Below the pieces are notes generated by a model. It was not told the origin of the DNA, did not search any database, and was given only the letters and a program-made list of their open reading frames with translations. 64,000 nt of DNA from Candidatus Fermentimicrarchaeum limneticum (GTDB lineage Archaea; Micrarchaeota; Micrarchaeia; Burarchaeales; Fermentimicrarchaeaceae), in NCBI GenBank assembly GCA_013426015.1, contig CP058998.1, positions 920,142 to 984,141 of the forward strand, given 5' to 3'. Made by a program: the position numbers and the translations under genes. Shown here one piece after another: positions 62,059-64,000 of the stretch. The first letter of the stretch is position 1; the number at the start of each line of letters is the position of its first letter.

Positions 62059-62736
62059 TCAAATTTGTATTCTACCGCCAACTTTCATCAGAATTGGCTT
62101 GACCTTCTTGCTCTCAATCTCTCTGATGAATTCACTCACGTTCTGCCTTATCTTTTCAGAAGTGTTATAATGCATTGGTATAATATACTTGCAGTTCAGC
62201 TCCTTTGCAGCCTTTTCTGCAGAGTACACATCCATTGTATACGTGCCACCTATGGGGATGAGCGCATAATCCGCATAAATATCAAACATCCCCCCGAACT
62301 CGTAGGTATCTCCTGCGTGATATACGCTTCTGCCGCCCTTCTTTATGATGTAGCCGACCGGGCATTCCGACTGCGGGTGGACCGCCTGCACCACCTTCAC
62401 TTCAACTCCTTTAACAACAAAATTCTCTCCCGCAACCGCCTCCATTTTATTCGAGCTTGGAATATCCAGCTCCTTCAGCACTGCGTGCGGCGCAATCACC
62501 AGCGCGTTTGTCCTGCCCACAATCGTCTCAACGGTGCTCTTCTCAAAATGGTCTCTGTGCTCATGCGTTATCATTATGAGGTCCGCCTTGTCCACCTCGC
62601 CTGGCCTGAGCGGAGCTGCTATCTCCCTGCGCATTCCGCCGACTTCGGTTCCCTCCAGAAATGGGTCTATGTATATGACTACACCTCCAAGCTCCACTTC
62701 AAACCCGGAGTGACCCAGATACCATATAGAGCCCAT
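62059..62736 (-). CDS. metallo-beta-lactamase-fold hydrolase (UPF0173-like)
   Basis: 225 aa. Contains WYLGHSGFEVE...IYIDPF and ITHEHRDH. Confidence 0.75.
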   Translation of the reverse strand: MGSIWYLGHSGFEVELGGVVIYIDPFLEGTEVGGMRREIAAPLRPGEVDKADLIMITHEHRDHFEKSTVETIVGRTNALVIAPHAVLKELDIPSSNKMEAVAGENFVVKGVEVKVVQAVHPQSECPVGYIIKKGGRSVYHAGDTYEFGGMFDIYADYALIPIGGTYTMDVYSAEKAAKELNCKYIIPMHYNTSEKIRQNVSEFIREIESKKVKPILMKVGGRIQI

Positions 62737-62798
62737 AAACTCCCTGCATTTATAAAGCAGGTTGAAAATTTAAATATACATACTGTTTAAATGACTTT

Positions 62799-63575
62799 AT
62801 GAGGAAATTGGGCGTTTTACTCGCTTTACTGCTGTTAGCGGTTGCCGTGAAGGCAGACTTCTACGATCTTTCGCTTAATGTAACAGCCAAGGTCAACCTC
62901 AACGGCTCTTTGCACGTCACCGAGTTAGTGAAGCTTTCGATGGACCCGAGTTCCGAAGACTTATACACGAGGAGCTTCTACTCCACAGAACTGACGATAA
63001 TGGACTGGCAGCAGATAACGAAGAGCCAGTACCTCCGGCAGCACATCCTCTCATCTTACGCAACGAGGAACTTCAGGGTCGCACCCGAAGACCTGACACG
63101 CTACTCATTTTCAGAGCTTTCAACAGCAGTAATAAAACTGGAGTACGATGTGGATGGGGTGGTGCTGGTAAATCAGACCGGACCCCGGACTCTCAGCTAT
63201 ACGTTTAACAGATCCGCCTTATCCTTCCAACCATCTCCGAGCGGGCAGATGCTTCCAAAGAACAATGCACTCGCTATAATCATACCCCCGGATTCGATAG
63301 TGACCAGCATCTCACCAGACCCGACAGAGCCCGCAATAACAAGGGACTACCTTGACCAGGTTAGGGGGGTGAGCGCGTTCGCGTGGAAGGGAACGGTTCC
63401 AATAAATGATTTCACACTGGTTTTCGTTCGCGAGGAGCCAATTGACGTTGAAGTCAGGAGCTTCTTTGAAAATGTCGAGAGCGGTTTCCTAAACTTCATA
63501 CTCTCAGCCCCCGGAATAATCATAACGCTGCTGGTACTGCTGACTGTCGCTTACTTGGCTCTGAGCAAGAGGTAA
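62799..63575 (+). CDS. secreted protein with a C-terminal membrane anchor, hypothetical
   Basis: 258 aa. It has the N-terminal signal-like LGVLLALLLLAVAVKA, N-x-S/T sequons and the C-terminal span IIITLLVLLTVAYLAL. Confidence 0.5.
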   Translation: MRKLGVLLALLLLAVAVKADFYDLSLNVTAKVNLNGSLHVTELVKLSMDPSSEDLYTRSFYSTELTIMDWQQITKSQYLRQHILSSYATRNFRVAPEDLTRYSFSELSTAVIKLEYDVDGVVLVNQTGPRTLSYTFNRSALSFQPSPSGQMLPKNNALAIIIPPDSIVTSISPDPTEPAITRDYLDQVRGVSAFAWKGTVPINDFTLVFVREEPIDVEVRSFFENVESGFLNFILSAPGIIITLLVLLTVAYLALSKR

Positions 63576-63579
63576 GCTT

Positions 63580-64000
63580 ATGCTGCATCAGTATGAAAGG
63601 CTCGTCCTGCTCTCGCTCAGACAGGGCGGCAAGACACTTGAGGAAATCTCGCATGACACGAAACTCAACAGAGATTCCGCCAGCAGGGCTTGCTACTGGT
63701 TGAAGGAGAAGGGAGCTGTTGACATCCACGAGACCTCAGAGCAGAGCTTCAGGCTTGGAGAGGAGGGGAAGAGATTCCTGCAGTACGGCTTTCCCGAATT
63801 CAACCTTATAAAAAAGGTCAGGGAAGGCAAGAGCTTTGAGAAGCTTAGCGAGGAGGAGAAGAGAGTAGGCCTTTCCTGGGCGAAGAGAAAAGGATGGGTT
63901 GACATTAAGGAAGGCAGGCTCGCTCTGGCGAGCGAGGGGGAGAGAGCGCTGAAGGAAGGACATCCTGAGGAAACTGTGCTTCGCAAGGTTTCTGAAAATA
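63580..64000 (+). CDS. pheS: phenylalanyl-tRNA synthetase alpha subunit, N-terminal part (runs off the window end)
   Basis: The ATG at 63580 opens MLHQYERLVLLSLRQGGKTLEEISHDTKLNRDSASRACYWLKEKGAVDI...GFPEFNLIKKV...RKGWVDI. This is the repeated wHTH N-terminal region of archaeal PheRS alpha. It is open to the window end and absent from the ORF track. Confidence 0.6.
   Translation, partial: MLHQYERLVLLSLRQGGKTLEEISHDTKLNRDSASRACYWLKEKGAVDIHETSEQSFRLGEEGKRFLQYGFPEFNLIKKVREGKSFEKLSEEEKRVGLSWAKRKGWVDIKEGRLALASEGERALKEGHPEETVLRKVSEN

Overview
The window reads as archaeal chromosome. It encodes a thermosome, a family-B DNA polymerase, TFE, class I LysRS, aTrm56, a split transketolase and archaeal-type PheRS alpha. 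TATA-like boxes sit about 26-30 nt upstream of several start codons. All four tRNA genes carry short introns with bulge-helix-bulge (BHB) geometry. Most of the 64 kb is tightly packed housekeeping, with a marked concentration of nucleotide and pentose metabolism genes: two prs copies, phi, rpiA, rpe-tkt-tal, pyrBI, tmk, purSLQ, a purD-like gene, pyrE-pyrK-pyrD and carAB. Five accessory segments stand out.
1. About 38.0-47.0 kb: a winged-helix gene is followed by six tandem stand-alone V4R-type ligand-binding paralogs. An AT-rich block follows, carrying a geranylgeranyl-reductase-like flavoprotein, a Roadblock/LC7 plus FIST-like pair and an amine-oxidase/CrtI/HemY-like flavoprotein. The block ends at a truncated host geranylgeranyl-reductase gene. 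This is my best candidate for an undescribed system.
2. 25.7-27.4 kb: a membrane-anchored 544-aa protein made of 16 tandem six-cysteine modules with knottin-like C-C-CC-C-C spacing.
3. 1.2-5.6 kb: a GC-rich prs-rpe-tktN-tktC-tal cassette inserted exactly at the native prs/phi gene junction, flanked by an imperfect direct duplication of about 120-145 bp of that junction.
4. 18.3-19.6 kb: a tnpB-only IS200/IS605-family element, with a 181-bp LE+RE miniature derivative and a solo RE remnant at 21.7-21.9 kb.
5. TFE carries an unusually Arg/Lys-rich N-terminal extension.
All functional calls rest on motif recognition by eye. No database search or computation was run.
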